DNA of 64,000 nucleotides from Ginglymostoma cirratum (Eukaryota), in NCBI GenBank assembly GCA_024137785.1, contig JAHRHZ010000081.1, forward strand, positions 14,838,929 through 14,902,928, written 5' to 3'. The notes under the pieces were generated by a model. It was not told the DNA's origin. It worked only from the letters and a program-made list of their open reading frames with translations, and made no database searches. The position numbers and the translations under genes are program-made. Of this stretch, positions 23,375-36,600 are shown in pieces; positions within the stretch are counted from its first letter, which is position 1; every line of letters begins with the position of its first letter.

Positions 23375-25774
23375 AAGGAGTTATAAGTGATTGTTTATGG
23401 ATGATTTGTACAAGGTGCCGCATGCGTGGCCCCGAATGCTTTATTAAAAGGATCTATTCTGTTTCATGTACTCTTCTGAATTATGCTGATACGTGATTGG
23501 TGAGTGAACTTTTTAATGGGCATCCAAGATGGGGTAAAATTCTGTAACCTCCTCATAATTTGCTCTTTTGGTCCTTGTCTTTGTGTCATGGTATTTGAGA
23601 CAGTAGCTGCTGCAGCTCAGCCATAAGGACAGTGACACTTTCAGTTTGCTGATATTGGTAATGAGACTTCAAATCTGGGGGCTGATTAACAGAAAAATCA
23701 GTCGAAATTGTGAATTGTAGTGAGCGTGTGGATTGTAAAAGCAATGTGTTTATCAGTATGAAGAGATGGTTTCCCCTCATTTTCCAGTAGCTCACATTTT
23801 TTTGGAGTTCAGAAGTCAACTCAAATTAACATGCTTGCCCAACAATGGCCCTTTTAATCTGATGTATGGCAATTGCAACACAAAAGCTTGCATTCAGCGA
23901 GTTATTAGCTTAATTCTTGATGGGAACAAAATGTCTGCATTTTACTCTCCAGTCAGTTATACTCAATAAAATGTGCTTTAGTAAGGGCAGGGTGTAAGGA
24001 GAAGAGGAAAATCAATATTTCACCTGTGTTGGTTTGTCTTGATAATGAAATATGGGAAGTTTGTCTAGGATTGTTTTATTGTCCCTAAGAGCTTAATACT
24101 ACAAGGTTTGCCTCCTTCAATTCAATTTTGACAGTATGCAAATGTGAACTTGAAAGTTTTAAACACTCCTGTAAAGACAATTTTGCAGTATGGGCTGAAG
24201 TGATCCTTGGTGATATTGTACAATGGAAGTTTCAGGTCCAGTTATTTTTGTTTTCAAATATTGCCTCACCCTGCAACATTTAGTGCTGTTTTGAAGAGCA
24301 TTGTTTTTGTGGACTGTTGATTCGGTTTACAAAAGCTTTTGCAGATTTTGCGATATTCTAGGCAGCCTGTACCTGCAAAATAGTTGAGTATTCATCTCTC
24401 TACTTTTGGTTTATGTTCATTTTTATATCGACTTTGGTGTTGTAACAGAGATTAATTTAAGAGGATCAATCATCCATTCCTCTCTAACTGTTTTAGAATT
24501 TGAATCATTATATTGAAAATAAAAGTCCTACTTTCAATATGAAGTAAAAAGGACTGATAAAATAAGCGAATTGTTGCACCGATCCACTTGGTTGGCTACC
24601 ATCTTTACCTCATTTGCCCTTTATGCAACTTAAGTCCCATACCAATGCAGTTGACTGTTAACTGGCTTCTGCCACCAAAACAGGGATGTTCAGAAAGTTC
24701 CAGCCTTGCCTCACAACAAATACGAAGTCATATTTCTCAAATGTTTTAACATCATTTGCAAATTATGCATTAGTCACTATAAGTTTCATCAACTCATAAC
24801 AATTGTCATTTGTGCAAAAATATTTGTAGTTATTTCTGAAAGTAATGCATTGTTGACAACAAATCAGCTGTATTTAACTTTTAATTTGCATTATATGAAC
24901 CATTTCAAATGCACTTTCACATGCCACATCTGATGTTTCCTGCCAGTGTATAAATATCTTGCCAAGGTTTACAATACATACATTGTTCTCTACCTTTTTG
25001 CCTGAATTTGCATTTTCCAAAGTAGAAGGAGTTAACCCTTGTATAGCACTTGGTCATATTTGCACAGATCATGTGGCTTGGGTGTTATTCAGTGAAGTTT
25101 GAATATTACATTGTTATCATTTTCTAAAAGGTGTAACTAACAATAAGCAACTCTTATGTTTCATTTGAATTTTCCTCTTGCATTATATTCCTTCTACTGT
25201 TCAGATGCACTAAAACATGTCTTTCTAACTCCAGTGGAGGGTGCATTACTCCATGATTTAAGTACTTTTACGATTTGATGAGGAATATGGATCTAATAAC
25301 TTGGGTGGCGATGTGAAAAGCCCTCCTCATCAGTTTCTTCTTTATGCTTGAAGTTTTAACCCACAAATACTGCCCCTGATGATAGAAAGGTATAAACATG
25401 GGAGCAGGACAGGTCGTTTGGCCGATTTGGATCTGCTCTTCCATTCAAAATGATCATTACTGATCTTCTGTTAAAACGCTGTACTCCAACTCTCCCCATG
25501 ATCATTGACACCTTGCTTCTAGAAATCTGTCAGTTCTCCACCAAATTCTGGAATATGCCTTTGAAGTTCATCGCAAGAAGCTTTGTCACATAGAACTCTG
25601 CTCTATGGATGCACTGAGCTAAACACCAGCTGTGGCAAGTGGATCATCAATTCAGTTGAAAGGCACTTGTTTTCATGTTCTGAAACTTGCTTCCACTACA
25701 TAGTTGACCTCGGCTGAGTGTTACAAGGTTTAGGAATGCCCTACAACTTGGGCCAGCTGCATACCAGCGCAGAG

Positions 25775-25897
25775 ACTAAAAACCTGCAGATACTGGAATC
25801 CAAGATAGACAAACAGGAGTTTGGAAGAACACAGCAAGCCAGGCAGCAACTGGAGGAAAGGAGCCGTCAATATTTCAGGTATTACCCTTATTCAGGA
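25775..25897 (-). mobile_element. PLE pLTR 3' end (another subfamily)
   Basis: Reverse complement reads cctgaata-agggtaatacct-gaaa-tatt...ttccagtatctgcag. Confidence 0.6.
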
Positions 25898-26298
25898 CCT
25901 TTTGGTCTCGATACATTGAGGGGGCTAGAAACTGTATTGATCACCTTAGGGTGTGCATTGTGAATATCCAGGTTATTGAGATTGTATTGAGAAACCTCCA
26001 AGTGGAACTTTTTGTATAGAGATTTATTTCTGTTGCACTCTAACTTAGAAGTTGAGATATTTTGCTCGAGCTGTCTACCTAACATGGGCTGTGTCTTGTA
26101 AATATCAATACTATAATACAGTTGCATTGAGGTTCTTAAGAATGGAGCATGCTGTACAGATATGAGTTGAATTTCTTTGCACATTCTGTAATATTCAAAT
26201 CAATGCTTTGTAATTGATTTTTCTGAATTTTATGAACAAGGTTTATTTGAAGAGAAAAATATCCATGAGAATTCTGTGTAAAAGGTACTGAAATAATA

Positions 26299-26514
26299 GA
26301 GATAGTAGGAACTGCAGATGCTGGAGAATCTGAGATAACAAGGTGTAGAGCTGGATGAACACAGCAGGCCAAACAGCATCAGACAAGCAGGAAAGCTGAC
26401 GTTTCGGGCCTAGACCATTCTTCAGAAAATAGGTCTAGGCCCAAAATGTCAGCTTTCGTGCTCCTCTGCTGCTTGGGCCTGCCGTGTTCATCCAGCTCTA
26501 CACCTTGTTATCTC
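26299..26514. mobile_element. Miniature inverted-twin PLE pLTR
   Basis: Arms ~26332-26416 and ~26432-26514 are inverted. Imperfect flanking repeat tactgaaataata / tattgagataata. Confidence 0.85.
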
Positions 26515-26714
26515 ATTATTGAGATAATAAATTCAGGATTTGGGAAATAATCCAGTTGTCAGTTTGTTGCAGTGCTGAGTGTGCTGAATTGTTAAAAATG
26601 CTGTCTTTTGGATAAATTGGGTGCCAATTCTGCAATTTACCTCTGGCTACCAAAGATCCCGCAGAAGCAAGAGATTTGCCAGATTCCCTGTCCAGTATCT
26701 CATTCAATACGCTC

Positions 26715-27990
26715 GAAGAGGTTGCAGACTTGCTCACTGAGCCAGTGTGTTTGATTGCAGACATTTTGTCACCCTGCTAGGTAACATCGTCAGTGCGCCA
26801 CTGGTGAAGTGTTGGTGTTCTGTCCTGCTTGTTATTTATGTGTCTCGGTTTGCAGGGGTGGTTGCTATTACTTACGGTTCTGTTTCTCAGTGGTTTGTGT
26901 AAGCGGTCCAGTTCAACTAGTTTATTGACAGAGTTGCAGTTGGAATACCAGGCCTCCAGGAATTCCCTGACATGTCTGTTGGCTTGTGCTATTATGCTTG
27001 TGTTGTGCCAGTCAAATTGATGTCCTCCTTTGTCCGTGTGTATTGAGACCAGTGAGAATTGATCATGTTTCTTGGTGGCTGATTGGTGTTCATGTATCCT
27101 TATTGCCAGTTTTCTTCCAGTTTGGCCCATGTAATGTTTCTCACAGTCCTTGCATGGTATTTTTATACATCATGTTAGTTTTATTGGTTGTGGGTATGGG
27201 GGGCTCCTTTACGTTTGTTAGTGGCTGTCACAGGATGGTTGTTAGTTCGTGGGCTACCCTGATACCTAGGGGTCTGAGTAGTCTTATGGTCATCTCCGAG
27301 ATGTATGGTAGGGTGACTGGTCGTGTTCTGTCGTCTTGTTGTGGTCTGTCATGGAAGTAATGATGGATTGTGCTTTTTGGGTAGCCGTTCCTTTTAAAAA
27401 CTCCGTACAAGTGCTCCTGTTCTGCTTTGCGCAATTCTGGATTGCTGTAGTGTGTTGTGGCTCATTTGAATTATGTCCTGATGCAGCTCCATTTATGGGT
27501 ATTGGGGTGGTTGCTGGTGTTATTAAGTATCTGGTCCATACGTGTGGTCTTTCTATACACACTAGTCTGGAGTTCCCTGTTGTTCTTGCATTCCACCATT
27601 ATGTCCAGGAAAGGTAGTCGGTTACTCTCTTCTTTTGTGAATTTTATTCTGGTGAGAATGTTGTTTACTTGTCTGAGAGTTTCTTCTAGTCTTGCGCGTT
27701 TGATGATCGTGAAGATGTCATCTACATAGCAGACCCAGACTTTGGGTTGGATAGTGGGTAAAGCCGTCTGTTCTAATCTTAGTAGAAGCGGTAATGCAAT
27801 CAGTCCTGATATTGGGGATCCCATTGGTATTCTGTTGATTTGTTTGAATATATGGCTGCTGAAGGTAAAGTGGGTTGTGCGGCACAGATCTTGTAGTTTC
27901 ATGGTGCTGTCCTTGATGCTGTTGGTGTCATGGGATGGCTGCCTTTTCTGATTTGCCCAGCAGTGTGGCAGTTACAGTGGCAAATGCAGC
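26715..27990 (-). mobile_element. Penelope/Poseidon-like PLE, degenerate RT and GIY-YIG
   Basis: PMGSPISG..WVCYVDDIF..LPFLD..VYRKTT..SNHP (27471-27902), then thumb (27228-27434) and GQTGRKLAIRIHEH..REFLEAW (26777-27130). No Cys linker seen. Confidence 0.9.
26757..26797 (-). ncRNA. Hammerhead ribozyme motif at the 3' end of the Poseidon-like PLE (GAAA mutated to AAAA)
   Basis: gca-CTGACGA-tgttacc-tagcag-ggtgac-AAAA-tgtc-tgc. Helix II and a short helix I can pair. Confidence 0.65.
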
Positions 27991-28586
27991 CACCTTCACG
28001 ACTTGAGCTACAAAGCCTGATGCTCAAAGAGTTGACCTAATCGTTCGTCTCGTTTGTTAATACGTTTGATCACTGTTTGTTTCTGACTTTCTTTGGGATA
28101 TCCTGAGCAAGGCTATTTTGAAATCTTGAAGCTGGACCTCCAGCTTCAAGATTTATTTTTGTACATCTAAGCAATTTTAGACAATTTAAAAGAAAATTTT
28201 AGAGATTTTAAAGCCATGTTTTGTTGCCAAGGACTGTTGTATGTCAAAAATTGTACTTTTACCTGTGTGAAGAGATTTAGGGACTGGATCTTTCTGACAT
28301 GAATCATTTGTTGTTACCAACTGGATCAAAGTTGTGAATTTTCAATATTTTCCTAGTCCAGGAAGGCATTTTACCTGCGTTTCTTCTTGAGCTATATAAT
28401 TCTGATCTGTGGTCCTGTTAAAGCTGCAAGTCTGTTCAGTTGTTCATTGCATTGTTCTTCTCATAAAGCTAAACATGCGTGAGGGTAGCTCATCAGGGAT
28501 CAAGGGAAAATAGTTTATTAAACCAAACCTGCCAGGGTGGTGGGAAGGGAGAGAGTGCTCACTTCAATCAGTATTGTTACTCGTAA

Positions 28587-28607
28587 TTTTTTTTTTTTTT
28601 TTTTTTT
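28587..28607. repeat. Poly-T tract
   Basis: Run of ~21 T. Confidence 0.9.
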
Positions 28608-31600
28608 GAAACAAAATTACATTTGCTGTTCTCTTTTCAATATAAGATTGAGGCAGTGATGCACAGGATGCCAATCTATCAATCTAGTATTGGAGAACTG
28701 AGGGCAAGCTGCACAGCTGACAAGTTGGCATTTCAAATAGACATGACGCAAGTAGCTTGGAGTGTTCAAACAAGACAGTATTCCAACATAGTGCAATAAA
28801 CAGTTGTGTGCTAGATACCACTGGCATGCAGTAGAAAGCTGTAGTGATTTATGAGATATGTTGCCTATATAAGCCTAATAGAAACGGCATCTACTAAATC
28901 TATTGGTGTTATCTCAAAGCACAGTATTGTAAAAAGCTGGCATTCAGTGGTGTATTTTGACAGATGACTCATTTTGGATTCTTGTATGTTACCACCTGGA
29001 GTTTGTTTTAGTTTTATCCCCACATGTAGACATTTTAAGCATGATTGAAACAGTTACACTATATTGCCATTTCCCACTTTATCTGCAGGGTTACAAATTG
29101 AAGTAAAGATAAACAATCTTATACAGTGTCTCAGTAAAGGTCACCATTATTTCCTCACTTATGATTGTTGAAGGTTTGATTTATAATGCACAATAAGCTC
29201 TTGGCTTGACATTGCATGAAAGAAATGTCTCATTGACCAGCCAGAAAAGGGAGTGATTTTTTGCAGATTTAAAGGATGCATTTGCAGCAACCATGCTGAT
29301 GAACACTAATGTTGAAAGTAAATTGCAAATCATGTGATGAATGTGTCTCGGATATGAATAACTCTCCAATTGTCTTGGAACTGGATAATGTTTATAAACT
29401 GAAATTCATTATCTTCCAAACAGGTTCACAATGATGGTTATGAAATGTTTCCCAGAATATCTTACTCTGGTATCTGATTCTGAGAATCTCTTTGACTGCA
29501 ATAATGACGTTCTAATAGCCTATTAGAATCCAATGTAAATGTCCTTACTATTAAACTGCAGTATCAACATTGTTTAAATTTTAAGATTGTAGTGTTCTGT
29601 TTAAGGTGATTACATTAAAGGTATGATTCATGCGGCTTCAATTTAATCCAGGCTCCTGATGCTATTTAAATCTCTGACAAATTATAACCCTTCTATCCCA
29701 GTCGTCTGTATTATACTGTGTAGTAATTGCAGTTCCTTTAGGGATCCAGCCGTAACTTGTGAATTGGTTTGCAGTTACTGTAGATAGAAGGAAAATGTTA
29801 AGCCAGACAGATCAGATGGGTACTACTTTTGTTTCTGGAATACACCAGTAAACATGCAAGGCATGCATTTCCACCTGTTTAGTGAATCTTATTGGGATGG
29901 ACTACAGTGGGAACTTTTGGTTAAAAAACAGCATGTATCGTGACAGACGGTTCACTATTGTGCTGACTTGCTTCAGGCAGAACAAGTAGTTTCTTTGGCA
30001 AAATATTGGAATAGGTTGCTTCTACTGGAATTTTGTGGCTTGAGGATATTGGAGTGCCTTCAAAGGTTTCAAAAAAAATACTGTACCCCCAGAGTGAGTT
30101 GGGGAGAAGGGTTTGGGGCTGTTTTAAACTGCTGAGATTTTTGGAGCAGCAGTTGACAAAGATCATACAGTTAGGCTACACCTGCCATTCTTTTTTTCAG
30201 AAAAGTAAGGATTTAACTTGACCTCAGGTGCTTGAACATAGTCTTATTGCTACCTCTTCACCTTGCAGCTTGTGACCTACACTCTGGAAGCAGGCAAAAG
30301 AGGAAATTATTGGTTCTTAAATTCTTGGTTTTGGACAATGTCAAAAACATAGGTGCAGTTTCACTTTTTCCAACAAAGTTAAAAAGTGCCTCCTGCGTAT
30401 ATGTTTAAATATAAGAGTTTGTTTCACACTGTGTTCGTGATTTAACGAAGCTGGGGGAAACATTGGAGGTGATCAAATTGTTAAAAGCGGAGATGGGAGG
30501 AATGCAGTGTCTTTAATTCCAGTACTCCTTGGGTCAAATACAAACTAGCTTGTTTTACCCAGTTCCCCAAATGCTGACAGTATGCCATCTCTATTTTATT
30601 CTTAAAATAAAAGGATCCATCAACCAGATTTCTTCAATAAACACTGAAGTTTTGTTTTACAATAAATTGAAGATGCAAAACCGGTTAACGTGCCATTTAA
30701 AATATGAAAACATAAATGTTTGCCCCTCTAAGTAACACAAAACGTGCACATACTCTTCAGGTAAAGGGGAAGAAAAGGATTTATCTGTAGAGATTTCTTT
30801 TTTTTTTTGGAGGGGGGCCAATGTGAAGATATTTGGGCCAATAGCTTTTAGTTCTCAAAAGCAAAATGGATAAGATTTGAAATATTCAGATGGTTGTTGG
30901 TCTGACCACCTGGCAAGTCATTCTCCGAGGTCTACAACATTTTAAAAATAAGGCCATTCAGCTTAGTGAATCTGCCAGTGAAAAACAAGAACTTAACTAT
31001 TCTCACTATTATGTCGACAGGTGTCATCAAACATGGGCAGTTGTCTCTGGGATCTTGGCAGTTGAAGGTTGTTCGGTAACAAAATAACAAGGAGTCTTCC
31101 AGTCACTTTCCAGAAAGACAACTCAGTTTCACATGAGTTTCACAAGGAAGGTGTTTCAAGAGCAGGAGAAGTGAGCTAAATAGTTTATCCTGAAGCAGGC
31201 TTTCCCTAACTGGAAATGCATACACGCACTCCAAGCCTGCAAAATACTGTTCAAACACAATAACTACAAAATCCAGTTGTAACAACACTTAGGTGTTATA
31301 CCTAAAGTGAGTGCAAGCAACCAAGTTTAGCAATTATCTGGAATCCTAAGGTTTCCCAGAAATGCCTTGTTGAAAAGAAAATTCCAATGTGTCACTTCAT
31401 TGATGCTCTCTTGAAAGAAAAGTCCTGGTATCCCCACAGTCCTTTAAACTTTCCCACAGAGAATATTCAATATGAAACCATCATAATGTCCTTTAGATAT
31501 TTTTGACAGTGAAGATAAAAATGACAAGCGTACTTATTTCAAGTGTTGCCCCAATAGTTTATGACTCAACACAACTTTGGCAATGCATACATTTGCTGAA

Positions 31601-31612
31601 TCGACAGTAATT

Positions 31613-32486
31613 GAACAGAGAATAAACCAGCGCAGAACAGGCCCTTCGGCCCTCGATGTTGTGCCGACCTGTGAACTAATCTAAGCCCACCCCCTACACT
31701 ATCCCATCATCATCCATATGCTTATCCAAGGACTGTTTAAATGCCCCTAATGTTAACTGAGTTAACTACATTGGCAGGCAGGACATTCCACGCCCTTACC
31801 ACTCTCTGAGTAAAGAACCTGCCTCTGACATCTGTCTTAAATCTGTCACCCCTCAATTTGCAGCTATGCCCCCTCGTACTAGCTGACGTCATCATCCTAG
31901 GAAAAAGACTCTCGCTGTCCACCCTATCTAATCCTCTGATCATTTTGTATGTCTCTATTAAATCCCCTCTTAGCCTTCTTCACTCCAGTGAGAACAGACC
32001 CAAGTCCCTCAGCCTTTCCTCATAAGACCTTCGCTGCAGACCAGGCAACATCCTGGTAAATCTCCTCTGCACCTTTTCCAATGCTTCCACATCCTTCCTG
32101 TAATGGGGCGACCAGAACTGTATGCAATATTCCAAATGAGGCCGCACTAGCGTTTTGTACAGTTGCAGCATGACATCACGGCTCTGGAACTCAATCCCTC
32201 TACCAATGAAACCTAACACACCGTATGCCTACTTAACAGCACTATCAACTTGGGTGGCAACTTTCAGGGATCTATGTACCTGGACACCAAGATCCCTCTG
32301 CACATCCACACTACCAAGAATCTTTCCATTGACTCAGTATTCTGCCTTCCTGTTATTCTTCCCAAAGTGCACCACCTCACGTTTATCTGCATCGAACTCC
32401 ATTTGCCACCTTTCAGCCCAATTCTGCAGTTTATCCAAGTCTCCCTGCAACCTGCAACATTCTTCCACACTGTCCACCACTCCACC
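31613..32486 (-). mobile_element. Young CR1/HER1-like LINE 3' portion
   Basis: MLGFIGRGIEFQSRDVMLQLYKTLVRPHLEYCIQFWSPHYRKD and FKTDVRGRFFTQRVVRAWN. Confidence 0.95.
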
Positions 32487-33202
32487 GAGTGCAGTGAAGG
32501 AAATTTATCTTTATTATTCTGCTGCAAGGTTTGCGTTGGGCATAATCAAAACTTGCTCTTTTGACGTGTGTCATATTTGCATACTGAATCTAAACATTAT
32601 TGTTCCTAAAATGTCATGGTCAAGCTTATAATTAAGTTACTAATACAGTTCCTACCTTACATCAGTGGTCACATTTGAAAAAGGTACACTGGCATTCCAG
32701 TAAGTCCTGCAGTTTGTGGAAAGTGCTTCATAAATAGTTATTTCTAAAAGAACTTGGCTGAACACTTGAGACATCTTAACATTCAAGACGATGGTCCAAG
32801 TGCTGCTAAGTGGCACTAGTGTAGTTTGTGTTGGTGCAGACTTCATCGGCCAAAGGGCTTCTTGGTACTGCATTGAGAAATACAGTCCCTTAAAAGGACC
32901 CAAATGTTTGCTATGGTTGAGTCAGATTTAGTGACGACATGTTGCCACCAGGGTATAAGTTCCAATTTGGGTACAGAAAATGCCACTTGCAGCTCTTAAG
33001 GTACCACTGGTTATTATCTTCCTGCTCAGTCTAAATGTTTTGAGCCAATTGAATGTTGCTTCATTGCAGAATAATTTGTTGCTTGCTTACTGCCATGCTT
33101 CATCCATTTTAACCATTTATAATGATGATTCTGTTGAAGTTGACTGGCTTCAATTGTATGTACTGTCTTTCTTTTCAAAAAAAAAAGGCTGTTTGTAGCT
33201 GG

Positions 33203-33422
33203 AAAGAGATAGTAGGAACTGCAGATGCTGGAGAATCTGAGATAACAAGGTGTAGAGCTGGATGAACACAGTAAGCCAAGCAGCATCAGAGGAGCAGGAA
33301 GGCTGACGTTTCAGGCCTAGACCCTTCGTCAGAAAATGGGTCTAGGCCCGAAACATCAGCCTTCCTGTTCCTCTGATTTTGCTTGGCCTGCTGTGTTCAT
33401 CCAGCTCTACACCTTGTTATCT
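33203..33422. mobile_element. Miniature inverted-twin PLE pLTR with a hammerhead on the minus arm
   Basis: Perfect 14-bp TSD ctgtttgtagctgg at 33189-33202 and 33423-33436. Minus strand ctgacga-agggtctaggcct-gaaa-cgtc at 33305-33332. Confidence 0.9.
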
Positions 33423-33619
33423 CTGTTTGTAGCTGGGCTGCATATGCCGTTTTGTTTATTCCAGGAGCTCATTATTTAAATGCCATGCTATAATCCAAGA
33501 TTTTGCTGCAAACCAGAGTTGTTGAGAGCTGTAATTATGATAGACAGGAAGTTCATGTCACTATTTGCAAATGTGAAACCATATTGAACTGTCTTGCTTT
33601 TGGCACACCTTCAAATGGG

Positions 33620-36600
33620 AATACAAATGTAGTACTGGAGAAACTCAGCAGGTCTGGTAGCAACTGTAGAGAGAAGAAAGTTAACATTTTGAGTTCATTG
33701 TTTTGAATTCATCCTTTGTCAGAATTGACTTTTCAGGACTGGTGAGCATGTTTAGCAGCAATTATGAAGTCGATGGACTGAAAAAAATTGCATTTTATTT
33801 TTACAAGGCAAAAGAATGTTCACTAAACTCCTTGGAGAAATCCCCACCAACTGTGGTCGACAGGACCCTTGCCCGTGTCCAGCCAATTTCCTGCACTTAT
33901 GTACTCACCCCTTCTCTTCCTTCCCACAGCACCCAAAAAGGAACCCCCCTGCCTTTTATTCCTCAGTTGTCACCCCACTAGCACTTGCATCTAAGGGCTC
34001 ATAAGCTGACAATGCCATCACCAGACAGACTATCTCCTTCCCTCCTTTGTCAGCATATCATAGGGATTATTCCACCTGGAACACCCTGGTCCACTTCCCC
34101 TGCACTCCCAACATCCCCCGCACGGGACCTTCCCATGTGGTTGCAGAAAGTGCAGGATTTGCCCATTTAACGCCAGCGCCCCCTTCACTAATCAAAGCTC
34201 CAGACACACCTTCCAGGTAAAGCAGCAAGTAACCTGCATTTCACTCAATCTGCTGAATTCACTGCTCGCAATGTCTCCCTCTACATTGAGGAGACAAAAT
34301 GCTGCGTGGGCAACCACTTTGCTGAGCCAACTACATTCTGTCTGAAAAGCCTATCCTGAGCTTCCAGTTGCCTGCCACTTCAACGTGTTACTGTGTTCCC
34401 TAGCTAACCTTTCTGTCATGGACCTGCTGCAGTGCTCCATCAAGGCTCAGGGCAAGCTGGAAGAACAGCATTTCTTTCTGCTCAGGTATCCAGCAGCCTT
34501 CATGACTCAATACTGAGTTCATTTACTTTTGAACCCACAACCCAGTCTTTGTTAGCACAGCCTTCTTCTGGTCCCCATTATCAGTGTGGCTTTCTCTCTC
34601 TCAATCATCTATCTTGTCGGCCTAATTGTTGTTCTCTGTCTGGTCTTCATCTCTGCCTATCTGTTTACCATCCACACCCAAACTCCTGTCTTGTAAGGCC
34701 ATAAGATACAGGAGCAGAAATTGGGCCATTCAGCCCACAGACTCTGCTCCACCATTCAATCATGGCTGATAAGTTTCTCAACCTCATTCTCCCACCTTCT
34801 CCCTGTAATTTTTGATCCCCTTCATCAAGAACCAATCTATCTTTGTCTTAAATATACTCAGTAACTTGGCCTCCACAGTCCTCTGCAGCAATAAGTTTCA
34901 CAGACTTACTGCCCTCTGGATGAAGTTTCTCCTCATCTCTGTTCTGAAGGGTCTTCCCTTTACTCTAAGGCTGTGCCCTTGACTCTTAGTCTCTCCTGTT
35001 AATGGAAACATCTTTCCGACGTCCAATCTATCCAAAGTCCTCAAACATTCCTCAAATGTTAAGCCTTTCATTCCTGGGATCGTTCTTGTGAACTTCCTCT
35101 GGACCCGTTCCAGCGCCAGTACATCCTTCCTGAGTTACGGGGCCCAAAATTGCCCACAATGTTATAAATGTGGTCTGATCAGAGCTTCATAAAGCCTCAG
35201 AAGTACATCCTTGCTTTTATATTCTAGTCCTCTCGAAATAAATTCCAACATTGTAAGTTGCCTTCCTAACTAGTGACTTAACCTGCAAGTTAACCTTCAG
35301 GGAATTTTGGACTAGGACTTCCAAGTCCCTCTGCGCTTCAGATTTCTGAATTTTCTCCCCATTTACCAAAATAGTCTATGCCATAATCTCAGGAAGGATG
35401 TATTGGCCCTGGAGCGGGTCCAGAGGAAGTTCATGAGAATGATCCCAGGAATGAAAGGCTTATGTTTGAGGAACGTTTGAGGACTTTGGATAGATTGGAC
35501 GTTGGAAAGATGTTTCCGTTAACAGAAGAGACTAAGACTCTGACCAAAGTGCTTCACCTCACACTTTCCCACATTGTATTCCATCTGCCATTTCTTTGCC
35601 CACTTCCCTAACCTGTTTAAATCCTTCTGCTGCCTCCTCACTGCCTCAACACTTCCTGTCCCTCCACTTATCTTTGTATCATCTGTAAACTTAGCCAGGA
35701 TGCCCTCCGTTCCTTCATCGCTAGTCACCAGCTGCTATACTGAGAAGGACCCTTTGATCCCCATTCTCTGCTTTGTGCCAGACAGCCACTCTTCTGTTCA
35801 AGTTAATACCTTGCCTCTAACACCGTAAGCCCTTATCTTTCTTGGCAGCCTCTAGTATGGCACCTTGTCAAAGGCCTTCTGGAAGTCCAAGTAAATAATA
35901 TTCATTGGCTTTCCTTTGTCTTGCCTGCTCATTGCCACCTCAAAGATTTCTAGCAGATTTGTCAGGCATGACCTCGGCTTGATGAAACCATGCTGACGTT
36001 GCTTTATTTTACCATGCACTTCCAAGTATTCTGAAATCTCATCCTTCACAATGGATTCAAAGATCTTACCAATGACCGAGGTCAGGCTAATTGGTCTGTA
36101 ATTTTCTGTCTTTTGCCTTGCTCCCTTCTTAAAAAGGGGGGTTGCATTAGTGATTTTCCAGACCTCTGGGTCCCTCCCTGACTCCAGTGATTCCTGAAAG
36201 ATCACCACTAATGTGAGCACTATCTCTTCAGCTGTTTCTTTCAGAGCTCTGATGTGTAGTCCATTTGGTCCAGGTGATTTATCCACCTTCAGACCTTTGT
36301 TTTTCTGGCACCTTATACTTAGTGATGGCCATCCGATTCTCAAATTTTGGGATGTTGCTCGTGTCTTCCACCATGAAGACAGACTCAAAGTACATGTTCA
36401 GTTCTCTTGCCATTTCTTTGTTCCCCATTGCTACTACTTCAGCATAATTTTCCCGCGGCCCAGTGTCCACTTTTGCCCTTTATATATCTAAAGAAACTCC
36501 TGCAGTCGTCTTTTATTGCTGGTTAGCTTACCCTCCTATTTATTTATTCTCCCTCCTCCTCTTTCTTTTTTTTAGTTATGCTCTTTTGGTCTTAGTAGGC

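Noticed and set aside
25205-25290. Strong polypyrimidine tract and AG at 25203-25204 suggesting an exon
   Set aside because: No convincing donor or recognisable peptide, so it cannot be supported without transcripts.
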